Of a stretch of DNA of 64,000 nucleotides, positions 53,460-62,507 are shown one piece after another. The notes beneath the pieces are model-generated. The model was not told where the DNA came from and did not search any database. It saw nothing but the letters and a program-made list of their open reading frames with translations. Origin of the DNA: an uncultured Candidatus Binatia bacterium (GTDB lineage Bacteria; Desulfobacterota; Binatia; UBA9968; JAJDTQ01); contig OZ243984.1 of NCBI GenBank assembly GCA_965214905.1, positions 2,518,003 through 2,582,002 on the forward strand, written 5' to 3'. The first letter of the stretch is position 1. Each line of letters begins with the position of its first letter. The translations under genes and the position numbers were made by a program.

Positions 53460-55214
53460 ATGAGCTACAAGACCATCCATCACCAGGCCGACGTGCTGGT
53501 CATCGGCGGCGGCGCGGCCGGCGCCATGGCGGCCATCCGCGCTCGGGAGGCGGGAGCGGACGTGCTGCTGGTGGACAAGTCCGTGTTCGGCCGGAGCGGC
53601 TGCGCGGCGCTGGCTTCCGGGGCCTACATCACCTACATGCCGGGCGACGACATCATGATCCATCTCGGCGGCCGCGGCGTGCTCACCAACCAGACCAAAG
53701 CCATCGAGGCGATCTACGCCACCCACGACGTGCTCAAGATCCTCGACGGCTGGGGTGTGAAGTTCGTCAGGGAGCGCGGCGAGATCTGGCGCGGCAAGGG
53801 CGGGTCCGGGGCCGCCGCCAGCGGCGGGCTGGCCGCGGGGCTGGTGGGCGGCGGCACCGCGATGATGAAGGTGGTGCGGGGCGTGGCCTTGCGCGCGGGC
53901 GTCCGGGTGCTCAACCGGGTTTCGGTCACCGACCTGCTGACCTCGGACGGCAGGCACCCCACCGGCGGCCGCGTGGTGGGCGCGCTGGGGGTCTCCGGAC
54001 GGGAGCGCGAGGTCCACGTGTGCGAGGCCAGGTCCGTGGTCATGTGCGCGGGCGGTTTCAACTTCGGCTACAAGCAGCCGGGACAGTGGTTCGCCGGCAT
54101 GCCCCTCAACATCACCAGCGACGGCGTCGCCATGCAGCTCAGGGCCGGCGCGGTGATGGGCAACATGGCGGTGGGCAGCAAGTACCTCCAGACCATGGAG
54201 TTCATGTGCGCTCCCGGCATCGAGCACTTCACCACCATGGGCACCAGCTATTTCAACCGCCTGGGGGAAGACGTGATGAAGCGGTTCTCGGAATCCGAGG
54301 CCGAGTTCACCCGGCGGCTGTCGCTGGGACAGGCGGTGGCGCTGGAGATGCTGGAAGGCAAGGGCCCCGTGTACCTCGACTGCACCCGGCTCCCGCCGGA
54401 GAACATCCGGCTGCTGTACGAAGTCATCCCCATCATCATGAACACCTTCGAGGCTGCCGGATACGAGGTCAGCAAGGAGCGGATTCCCTATCTGCCGGTG
54501 CTGGCGGCCACCTACGGCTCCAGCCACGGCGGCGGCGCGGTGGTGGACGACCGGTGCAGGACCTCGCTGCCGGGTCTGTTCGCCGCCGGCGCCAGCAGCG
54601 ACGGCATGAACATCTCGCCGAACCTGAACCTCTCCTGGTGCATGGTGCTGGGCTGGTGGGCCGGGCTGCACGCCGCGGACTACGCCAGGAGTGCAGACCC
54701 CGGCGGGGGCGCCGTCGGGCGGCAGGTGGAGTCGCTCACCCGGAGCGCCACCCGGTACCTCAAGCCGGAGGGGATCGCCTTTGCCGAGATCCACGGCAGG
54801 GCCGCCGACCTGCTGCACGAACTGGGGGTCATCCTCAGCGACGAGAAGATCGCCCGGGTGCGGCAGGGGCTCATGGAGATCCTGGAAACCTATGATGACG
54901 TCATGGCGAAGGACCCCCACGACCTGGTGAAGGTCCTGGGGCTGCGGAACTCCATCGAGGCCCTGACCGCGGTGCTGGACTACCTGCTGCACCGGCAGGA
55001 AAGCCGCGGTTCGGTGATCAATCGCGATCATCCCGAGACCGACAACGAGAAGTGGCTGGTGTTGAGCAAGTCGATCATCGAGAACGGCGCGCTGAAGATC
55101 TGGGACGAGCCCATCCCCCGCGACGAGTTCTACGTGCGCTACCGGCCGAGGCCCGGGAAGGCCATGCACCCCTTCTTCAAGATCGCCGGTCGGACGGTGG
55201 AGGCGGGGGAGTAG
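53460..55214 (+). CDS. FAD-binding oxidoreductase, fumarate reductase/succinate dehydrogenase flavoprotein family
   Basis: A DVLVIGGGAAGAMAA dinucleotide-binding motif is present. The product is about 585 aa. Confidence 0.75.
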   Translation: MSYKTIHHQADVLVIGGGAAGAMAAIRAREAGADVLLVDKSVFGRSGCAALASGAYITYMPGDDIMIHLGGRGVLTNQTKAIEAIYATHDVLKILDGWGVKFVRERGEIWRGKGGSGAAASGGLAAGLVGGGTAMMKVVRGVALRAGVRVLNRVSVTDLLTSDGRHPTGGRVVGALGVSGREREVHVCEARSVVMCAGGFNFGYKQPGQWFAGMPLNITSDGVAMQLRAGAVMGNMAVGSKYLQTMEFMCAPGIEHFTTMGTSYFNRLGEDVMKRFSESEAEFTRRLSLGQAVALEMLEGKGPVYLDCTRLPPENIRLLYEVIPIIMNTFEAAGYEVSKERIPYLPVLAATYGSSHGGGAVVDDRCRTSLPGLFAAGASSDGMNISPNLNLSWCMVLGWWAGLHAADYARSADPGGGAVGRQVESLTRSATRYLKPEGIAFAEIHGRAADLLHELGVILSDEKIARVRQGLMEILETYDDVMAKDPHDLVKVLGLRNSIEALTAVLDYLLHRQESRGSVINRDHPETDNEKWLVLSKSIIENGALKIWDEPIPRDEFYVRYRPRPGKAMHPFFKIAGRTVEAGE

Positions 55215-55220
55215 GCTGCC

Positions 55221-55448
55221 ATGGCTCGAGATCTGCATCTGCCGAAGGTCGAGATCAGCAAGGAGGCCTGCATCTCCTGCACGGCATGTGATGATGCCTG
55301 CCCGACGGACGTGATCCGGATGGGCGGGGACGGCTATCCGTTCGCCATGTACGAGGAAGACTGCCAGGGCTGCTTCATCTGCGAGTGGGACTGTCCCGTC
55401 GGGGCCATCAGGATTCGCGTCGCGCGCTGGTACGAGGCGGGACAGTAA
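55221..55448 (+). CDS. 2[4Fe-4S] ferredoxin
   Basis: Two Cys motifs are present (CISCTACDDACP and CQGCFICEWDCP). The gene begins 7 nt after the flavoprotein stop. Confidence 0.8.
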   Translation: MARDLHLPKVEISKEACISCTACDDACPTDVIRMGGDGYPFAMYEEDCQGCFICEWDCPVGAIRIRVARWYEAGQ

Positions 55449-55548
55449 GTGTCCCGGCCGCCGGCTCGCCTGCCTGCGGACCCGCTCGCCTCCGCTCCAC
55501 GGACGCGGGCGGGCGGGAAGTCCAAGTCCCGTCCACGGTTCCTCCTCC

Positions 55549-56419
55549 GATGAGCATATTGTACGCCTTGATCGCGTCGCTGGGCTTCGCGACCTCGCAC
55601 ATCCTGATCCGCCGCGGCCTGGCCCGGTCCAATCCCCTGGCCGGGTTCGCCATCTCCATCGTCATCTCGGCGCTGACCCTCTGGTCCATGGTGGCGGCCA
55701 CCCTGCCCCTGACGGTTTTCCGGACCCACGCCATCTGGTATTTCGCGGTCGGCGGTCTGTTCGCGTCCGGGCTGGGCCGCTGGCTGGTCTATGTTTCCAT
55801 CGACCGGCTGGGCGTGGCGCGCTCCATCCCGGTGGTGAGCACGACGCCCATGTTCGCCTCGATCCTGGCCGTGCTCCTCGTCGGGGAGCACTGGACCCTG
55901 GGCGCGTTCTTCGGCACCGTGCTGATCATCTGCGGCGTCATCGTCATCTCGCGCACCCACGAGCAGACGGCCGAGTGGCGCCGCCGGGACTTGATCTTCC
56001 CTCTTCTGGGGGCGTTGTCGTTTTCCTTCTCCGCCAGTGTCCGGAAGCTCGGCTTTTTCATCGACAATCTGCCGCTGATGGCGTCATGCGTGAACGCCAC
56101 CACGGGGCTGGTGCTGGCCATCCTGATGATCTACGGCCAGGGCGGCCCGCGCAAGGTGCTGCCCATGTCCCGTTCGGTGTTCGCCTGGTTCGTGGGCGCG
56201 GGGATCTGCAACACCGCCGGGATGCTGGCCAACTTCTACGCCCTCTCCACCGGCGACATCGTCATCGTGGAGCCGCTCATCAGCACCAACCCGGTGTTGA
56301 CCGTGGTGCTCACGGCGATCTTCCTGCGGGACGTGGAGACCGTGAACCTGCGGGTGGCGGTGGGCGTCGGGTTCACCTTCGTCGGCACCCTGCTGCTGGT
56401 CTACGGCCGGGCGGGATAG
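55549..56419 (+). CDS. EamA/DMT-superfamily transporter
   Basis: The product has 10 predicted transmembrane helices with two EamA-like halves. Confidence 0.7.
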
Positions 56420-56636
56420 TCCCCCGGGCCTGTCCCCCTGCCGCCGACACACCGCTCCCGTCCGTGTCCTTTCCCTTCCGGCTCCGATAGAATGACCTGG
56501 AAGCCTGCGCCGTGGAACGCTGGTCGTGGAACGCCGCAGAAAGCTCGGCCAACAACAGGTATCCGCCTGATCGAATGATAACCACTATCCATAGTGTAGC
56601 TCGGGGCTCCGAACCGTTCCGTCGCGCAGGCTGCTA

Positions 56637-57809
56637 GTGCGTACCGGACTGGAAAGGCTTCTCGACGCACCGCGCCGCTGGCTCGGCTGCTCGCGCGTCG
56701 GGCTGGTGGCCAACCCCACCACGGTGGATCGCCGGCTGGCCCACGCCGCCGACCTGCTGCACCGGCATCCGGACGTGGACCTGCGCTGCCTGTTCGGACC
56801 CGAGCACGGGCTGCGCGGGTCGGCTCAGGACATGGTGGCGGTGCCGGACGGGGTCGACCGGGCCACGGGCCTGCCGGCGGTGAGCCTCTACGGCGCCACC
56901 TTCGAGTCCCTGTCGCCCACCCCGGAACAGCTTTCCGACGTCGACGTGTTGCTGTTCGACATCCAGGACGTGGGCGCGCGTTACTACACCTACGCCGCCA
57001 CCCTGGCCCTGTGCCTGCGCGCGGCCAAGGCTTCCCGGGTCAGGGTCGTAGTCCTCGACCGGCCCAATCCCATCGGCGGCGTGGCGGTGGAAGGAGGCGG
57101 TCTGGACCAGGGTCTGGAGAATTTTTGCGGCCTGTACCCGGTGCCGCAGCGGCACGGAATGACCCTGGGCGAACTGGCCCGGCTCTACAACGACACCTTC
57201 GGCATCGGCTGCGAGCTGGACGTGGTGGCGTGCGAGGGCTGGTCCCGAAACGCCTACCACGACGAGTGCGGCCTGCCCTGGGTGATGCCGTCGCCCAACA
57301 TGCCGACCCTGGAGACGGCGCTGGTCTATCCGGGCATGTGCCTGCTCGAGGGCGCCAACCTGTCCGAGGGCCGGGGCACCACGCGCCCCTTCGAGCTCTT
57401 CGGGGCGCCGTTCATCGACGGCGACGGGCTGGCCCGTGAGCTTCGGCGCCATGACCTCCCCGGGGTCCTGTTCCGCCCCTGCGTCATCGAGCCGGCGTTC
57501 CACAAGTTCAAGGGTCGGCGTTGCGGCGCGCTGCAGTTGCACGTGAGCGACCGGCGAGCCTTTCGGCCCTATCGAACGGGCCTTGCCGTGCTCGTCGCGG
57601 TGAGAAAGCTGTGGCCGGAATCGTTTGCCTGGCGGAGCGAGCCTTACGAGTTCCGGGCCGACGTTCCGGCCATCGACCTCTTGACCGGGCGCCCCGCGGT
57701 CAGGGAAGCCGTTGACGGCGGGGCGGACCTCGATGACGTGGTGCGGATTGCCTGCGACGGCACGGAGCTTTACGATGCCGGTCGCGGTCAGGCACTACTG
57801 TACGATTAG
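56637..57809 (+). CDS. DUF1343 family protein (NamZ-like exo-acting glycosidase family)
   Basis: The product reads …VGLVANPTTVD…LFGPEHGLRG…DVLLFDIQDVGARYYTY…, a DUF1343 hallmark. Confidence 0.75.
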   Translation: MRTGLERLLDAPRRWLGCSRVGLVANPTTVDRRLAHAADLLHRHPDVDLRCLFGPEHGLRGSAQDMVAVPDGVDRATGLPAVSLYGATFESLSPTPEQLSDVDVLLFDIQDVGARYYTYAATLALCLRAAKASRVRVVVLDRPNPIGGVAVEGGGLDQGLENFCGLYPVPQRHGMTLGELARLYNDTFGIGCELDVVACEGWSRNAYHDECGLPWVMPSPNMPTLETALVYPGMCLLEGANLSEGRGTTRPFELFGAPFIDGDGLARELRRHDLPGVLFRPCVIEPAFHKFKGRRCGALQLHVSDRRAFRPYRTGLAVLVAVRKLWPESFAWRSEPYEFRADVPAIDLLTGRPAVREAVDGGADLDDVVRIACDGTELYDAGRGQALLYD

Positions 57810-57983
57810 TTCGTTGCCGGTGAAGTCCTGCGCAAGCGGTCGAGGACCTGGATCGTCAATGACTCATCGTGAAATCCGTAATCCGGTTCAGCGCAACGGG
57901 GCCGGATCCCGGAACGGGATCCCCGGTAACGAGTTCACAGTCCGAGATCCGACCCTGTTCAGGCAACACGAGGAGGGAAAGTC

Positions 57984-58676
57984 ATGGCAGATCAAGAAGT
58001 TGCAGTGGTGGTGGGGGGAGGCCCGGGGCTGAGCGCCGCGCTCGTGCGGCGGTTCACCCGCGAAGGCATGAAGGCGGCCATTGCGGCCCGCAACCCGGAT
58101 AAGCTCCAGGCGTTGTCGGAGCGCACGGGTTGCCGCGCCTACCGGTGTGACGCGGTTGTCCCCGAGGAAGTGAACGACCTGTTCGCCCGGGTGTCGCAGG
58201 ACCTCGGAGCCCCCGACGTGGTGGTCTACAACGCCAGCGCGCGGGTCCGCGGTCCGATCACCGAGCTGGATCCGGGCGCGGTCAGGGACGCCGTCATGGT
58301 GACCTGCTACGGCGGTTTCCTGGTGGGACAGGCCGCCGCCGCCAGCATGCTCCGCAGCGGCAGAGGGACCATCCTGTTCACCGGCGCCTCGGCGAGCGTC
58401 AAGGGTTACGCCAACTCCGCATCCTTCGCCATGGGCAAGTTCGGGCTCAGCGGCCTGACCCAGAGCATGGCGCGGGAGCTTCAGCCGCAGAACATCCACG
58501 TGGCGCAGATCGTCATCGACGGCGGCATCGCTTCGCCCCGGCGAGACTCCGGCCGGGGCCCGGACACATGGCTGAGCCCGGACAGCATCGCGGAGACCTA
58601 TCTGCAGCTTCACCGCCAGCACCGGAGCGCCTGGGCGTCGATCATCGAGCTGCGACCCTGGGTGGAGAAGTTCTGA
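57984..58676 (+). CDS. SDR-family oxidoreductase
   Basis: A VVGGGPGLSAAL Rossmann motif is present, along with a YxxxK catalytic pair (YANSASFAMGK). Confidence 0.8.
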   Translation: MADQEVAVVVGGGPGLSAALVRRFTREGMKAAIAARNPDKLQALSERTGCRAYRCDAVVPEEVNDLFARVSQDLGAPDVVVYNASARVRGPITELDPGAVRDAVMVTCYGGFLVGQAAAASMLRSGRGTILFTGASASVKGYANSASFAMGKFGLSGLTQSMARELQPQNIHVAQIVIDGGIASPRRDSGRGPDTWLSPDSIAETYLQLHRQHRSAWASIIELRPWVEKF

Positions 58677-58723
58677 AGCCGACCGTTTCCTCGACCGTGA
58701 ACGGGGAGGGGCGAGGGACCGTG

Positions 58724-58880
58724 CCCGTGTCGTGTCACGGGAATATGTGGGCCAGGGTGCGGGTCTGTCGGCTGCATGGCTCCTCCTCGCGTGGTACGGG
58801 CCACTGCTCGTCGTCGCGCCTTGTCGACCCCGGAAATCCGGCAGGCTCCTGGCGCAGGTATTTCCGAGACACGACACGGC
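58724..58880. mobile_element. MITE-like element copy 3 (shares about 70-nt core with copies 1 and 2, different terminal inverted repeats: ccgtgtcgtgtcacgggaata / tatttccgagacacgacacgg)
   Basis: The core ggctcctcctcgcgtggtacgggccactgctcgtcgtcgcgccttgtcgac aligns with the copy-1 core. The terminal inverted repeats are about 21 bp. Confidence 0.6.
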
Positions 58881-58919
58881 TAAAGGATTCGCCGTTGCTG
58901 CCGATCTTCCAGAAGTGGA

Positions 58920-59459
58920 GTGAAACGACAGGATACACGGTCGCCGGTCCGGGGTGAGGATTTTCGTAATGGGTGTCTTCGTGATGGGTCTCTTCTCGGG
59001 GGCGAGGAAGGGATCGTCCTCCCGTCGGTCCTCATGCTGATCGCGGTCCTGGCCGTGGTGAGCGCCACGAGCATGACCGCGACCCTGACCGAGTTGAGGA
59101 TCGCCGACGCCTACTACAAGAGCGTGGCCGTGTTCCACATCGCCGAAGCCGGACTTGCCCACGCCCGGCATGAAGTTTCGGACGAGGACGGCGACAGGGA
59201 TTTTGCCGCCATCCTGACGCCCACCACGCTCTTCAACGGCCGGGGGCTCCACCGCGGCAGCTATACCGTCGTCGCCGCCCCCGTCGTCGGCGTCACACCG
59301 GCCAGGCTCCGGCTGCGATCCTCCGCCTGCTACCCGGCCGGAGACCCCTGCCCGCGCGCCAATGCAAGGGCCGCCCTCGAAGCCCTGCTGGAGCATGACC
59401 CCGCCGGCGCCACCCCCCGGGACCGTGTCCGTCTGGTAGCCTGGAGGTCGCTGGACTGA
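58920..59459 (+). CDS. PilX N-terminal domain (type IV pilus minor pilin-like) protein
   Basis: A hydrophobic segment is followed by a TLTELRIADAYY-type PilX_N motif. The start is uncertain. The gene is flanked by two MITE-like copies. Confidence 0.5.
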   Translation: MKRQDTRSPVRGEDFRNGCLRDGSLLGGEEGIVLPSVLMLIAVLAVVSATSMTATLTELRIADAYYKSVAVFHIAEAGLAHARHEVSDEDGDRDFAAILTPTTLFNGRGLHRGSYTVVAAPVVGVTPARLRLRSSACYPAGDPCPRANARAALEALLEHDPAGATPRDRVRLVAWRSLD

Positions 59460-59470
59460 CGCCGCCGGTG

Positions 59471-59622
59471 GGGTGTCCTGAATCGACCGTGGCCAGGATG
59501 CGCGGGAATTCGGGTCGTCGGCAAGGCGCGACCACGAGCCGTGCCCGATACCCCGCGAGGCGGAGCCACGCCGCCGACGGCGAAAAGGACCCGCAGACGA
59601 TCCACGGTCGATTCAGGACACC
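59471..59622. mobile_element. MITE-like element copy 2 (152 bp; inverted relative to copy 1; same 21-bp terminal inverted repeats gggtgtcctgaatcgaccgtgg)
   Basis: The reverse complement aligns end-to-end with 33381-33523, with a 9-nt insertion. Confidence 0.8.
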
Positions 59623-59907
59623 TCGCCGGGTGCGGACCCTCTCATTGCCGCGGAGGTGCCGGTTCCGGGCGAGGATGCTCCGCGCAGCACTTGGCGCAGC
59701 AGCGCTGCATACATCCGGGAAGCCTGTCGCGCCACCCGAAAGCGGGGAGGCGATCCTTCTCATTGAACGATCCTTCTCATTGGACAACCAGGGTTCTATA
59801 TAGGAGATGAACCCGGTGGTATCCTGCGCCTTCGATTCGTGGGCGCAGCGCCAACGGAAGACACTACCGCAAACTACCGCACGACCGGGAGACGGAAGGA
59901 TGAATCC

Positions 59908-61290
59908 ATGCTGAGGCGATTACGTATTCTCACCACCATGGGGCTCGCATTGGTGCTTTTGCCATCCATCGCGTTTGCGCTGGACGGCAGGATCGACGGG
60001 AAGCCGGTGCCGGAGTTGCAGGTAACGGTGGCCACCTTGTCGACCGCCATCGCGGGTATTCTGGTGTTCATCATGCAGGCGGGCTTCGCCATGGTCGAGG
60101 GCGGGTTTACCCGCGCCAAGAACGCGGTCAACATCATGATGAAGAACATCGGAGACTTCTCCATGGCCTCCCTGGGCTTCTGGATACTGGGTTTCGGCAT
60201 CATGTTCGGCAATGGCAACAGCTTCCTGGGAACCACGGGCTTCTTCGTTTCGCCGGACACGGGCGACCTGTATCCGTCTCTGAGCTGGACGTCGATTCCG
60301 ACCTTGATGGCGTGGTTCTTTCAACTGATGTTCTGCGCCACCGCCGCCACCATCGTCTCCGGCGCCATGGCGGAGCGCACCCGATTCGTGAGCTTCCTGA
60401 TATTCAGCTTCTTCATCTCGCTTATCTTCTATCCCATGGTGGGGCACTGGATCTGGGGCGGCGGATGGCTTGCGGAGCTGGGCATGCTGGACTTTGCCGG
60501 CTCCACGGTGGTGCACTCCACCGGTGCGTGGTTCGCTCTGGCGGGCGTGATCGTGCTCGGTCCCAGGCTCGGCCGGTACAGCGCTTCCGGCAGGCCTCTG
60601 GCCCTTCCGGGTCACAACCTGATGCTGGCCACGCTCGGGGCGTTGATCCTGTGGTTCGGCTGGTTCGGCTTCAACACGGGGAGCACCATGGGCGCGGCCC
60701 AGGGCGACCTGGCGCTTATCGCTGCAAACACCAACCTTGCGGCTGCCGCAGCCGCCATCGGCGCCACCGTGTCCGCGTGGTTTCTGTTCGGTAAACCCGA
60801 CCTCACGATGACTCTCAATGGCGCCCTCGCCGGTCTTGTGGCCGTCACCGGCTCATGCGCCTTCGTGGAGCCTTGGGCAGCCATCCTCTTTTTCGGCTTT
60901 CTGCCGGGAGTCGTGGTGGTCTTCTCCGTGCTGATGTTCGATCGCATTCACATCGACGACCCGGTGGGGGCGATATCCGTCCATGGTGTGTCCGGCGCGT
61001 CGGGGACGGTTCTGTTGGGGCTGTTTCACACGGAGTCCGGGCTGCTCTACGGCGGCGGCGCCGCCTTGCTGCTGGCCCAGGTGGTGGGCGTGGTGTCTGT
61101 CTTCGTTTTCTGCATGCTGTGCGGTCTGGCGATGTTCAACGTCATCAAGGGAGTGGTCGGCCTGCGTGTGTCGCCTGAAGCGGAGATAGCCGGTCTGGAC
61201 GCCACGGAGCATGGCAACGAGGCCTATCCGGAATTCGGTGTCTCGGAAATGGCGCGGCCCCGGGAGCGTAGTCCGAAGCCCCGGCCCTGA
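59908..61290 (+). CDS. amt: ammonium transporter (Amt family) with signal peptide
   Basis: The product reads …QAGFAMVEGG…DFAGSTVVH…, the Amt signature. An 11-TM topology is predicted. The product is about 460 aa. Confidence 0.85.
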   Translation: MLRRLRILTTMGLALVLLPSIAFALDGRIDGKPVPELQVTVATLSTAIAGILVFIMQAGFAMVEGGFTRAKNAVNIMMKNIGDFSMASLGFWILGFGIMFGNGNSFLGTTGFFVSPDTGDLYPSLSWTSIPTLMAWFFQLMFCATAATIVSGAMAERTRFVSFLIFSFFISLIFYPMVGHWIWGGGWLAELGMLDFAGSTVVHSTGAWFALAGVIVLGPRLGRYSASGRPLALPGHNLMLATLGALILWFGWFGFNTGSTMGAAQGDLALIAANTNLAAAAAAIGATVSAWFLFGKPDLTMTLNGALAGLVAVTGSCAFVEPWAAILFFGFLPGVVVVFSVLMFDRIHIDDPVGAISVHGVSGASGTVLLGLFHTESGLLYGGGAALLLAQVVGVVSVFVFCMLCGLAMFNVIKGVVGLRVSPEAEIAGLDATEHGNEAYPEFGVSEMARPRERSPKPRP

Positions 61291-61542
61291 AGTCGCAAGG
61301 GCCGGGAGGGAGCAACGCCGTCAGCGCCTTCTCTGGACGGCACAATGGTCCGGCGCATGGACACTCTGGAGCAGATGGCGGAGATTGCGCGTGGTTTCGT
61401 CGGAAAGCGGCTTCGCTACACGGACTTGGCAGCTACTCCGGATGCGGCCATTCCGCAGGTTGGAAGCGACGTGTTCTGATGTCTATCCCCGACGAAAGGA
61501 GGGCACACACCATGGAAAGGGAGGGGAAGTCGTGAGCCTCTA

Positions 61543-61786
61543 CGCTGTGGTCTTGAACAATCCGGACGAGAGTGTCATGGCCCGAGCCAAAAAGGAACTT
61601 GGCAACCGCATGTACGTCGTGACGGACCATCTGGCCCTTGTTTCGCCCGAGCAGACGGTGCTCACCGATAACGTGTCGGATATGTTCGGCATCGATAAGG
61701 ACACCACGGGATTGGTGATCGAGATCGAGAACTACAGCGGCTTCAACCAGAAAGCCTTGTGGGAATGGATGGAGAAGTTTTCATGA
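61543..61786 (+). CDS. hypothetical small protein (81 aa, GTG start)
   Basis: The product reads SLYAVVLNNPDESVMARAKKELGNRMYVVTDHLALVSPEQTVLTDNVSDMFGIDKDTTGLVIEIENYSGFNQKALWEWMEKFS. Its stop overlaps the next start (ATGA). Confidence 0.4.
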
Positions 61787-62208
61787 GTCGCAACCCGCCC
61801 AATGGTGGCGACGCCCCTTCTCGGCCGGGCGCCTCTCACAGAAGCTCCGACAGCAATGGTAACGGCAGCGTTACCGGGTATCGTCTTCAGGAGTTGGAGC
61901 GACGCGTTGGCGCCCTTGAGGGCAAGGTAGACGACATCAGCAAGTTGTGCATCGAGATCAAGACGAAGCTCGAAGGGATTGCCACCAAGGGATTCGTATG
62001 GATGGTCGTCGCCAGCGTTTTGCTGGTCAGCATCGGGTCCCTGGTGGGCCACCTACTAATACGCGGCGCCGCCCATTGGCGCGGCACGTCCTGCAAGGCG
62101 TTCGGGTCGGTGTCGGCCATCACCCGGCACAACGTCGAGTCCGACGGCGCTACCCAGCGCCGGGTCTTCGGGTCGCGCCAAGCCCCCAGGGCGCGTAACT
62201 CATCCTGA
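61783..62208 (+). CDS. XhlA-like coiled-coil membrane protein
   Basis: The product reads …YRLQELERRVGALEGKVDDISKLCIEIKTKLEGIATKGFVWMVVASVLLVSIGSLVGHLL. It has a coiled coil plus a single TM helix, as in haemolysin-XhlA/DUF1640-like proteins. Confidence 0.5.
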   Translation: MSRNPPNGGDAPSRPGASHRSSDSNGNGSVTGYRLQELERRVGALEGKVDDISKLCIEIKTKLEGIATKGFVWMVVASVLLVSIGSLVGHLLIRGAAHWRGTSCKAFGSVSAITRHNVESDGATQRRVFGSRQAPRARNSS

Positions 62209-62507
62209 CCGAGCTGGTTCGCCAACCGCTCCGTCGCCACCGGCCCGCTCGGCCCCGAGCAGCGCGCCAACGCGCACACCGCCAGCACCGCCGACAACCG
62301 GGTGCTTGCGCCCCTGGCCGCCGCAATCCCCGACCGCAAACTGGGTCAAACTGAGTCGTCGTTTAATTTTCAAACGTGCTGAAATTTGATATGTTGCCTT
62401 GGTCGCCGAGTTCGCGCGAGGGCCGCTGAGGGCGGTTGCAGGCGCAAGTCCCGTCGAGCGGCGTTTTCGTCCGACACTCGGGTTCCTGCTCCAGGGAGTA
62501 CAAAGAG

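Noticed and set aside
61211-61786. Possible glnK/P-II gene downstream of amt (191-aa ORF track entry).
   Set aside because: The translation lacks the P-II signature (no T-loop or GDGKIF-type motifs). Only the 81-aa GTG-initiated C-terminal part looks coding, and it is not P-II-like.
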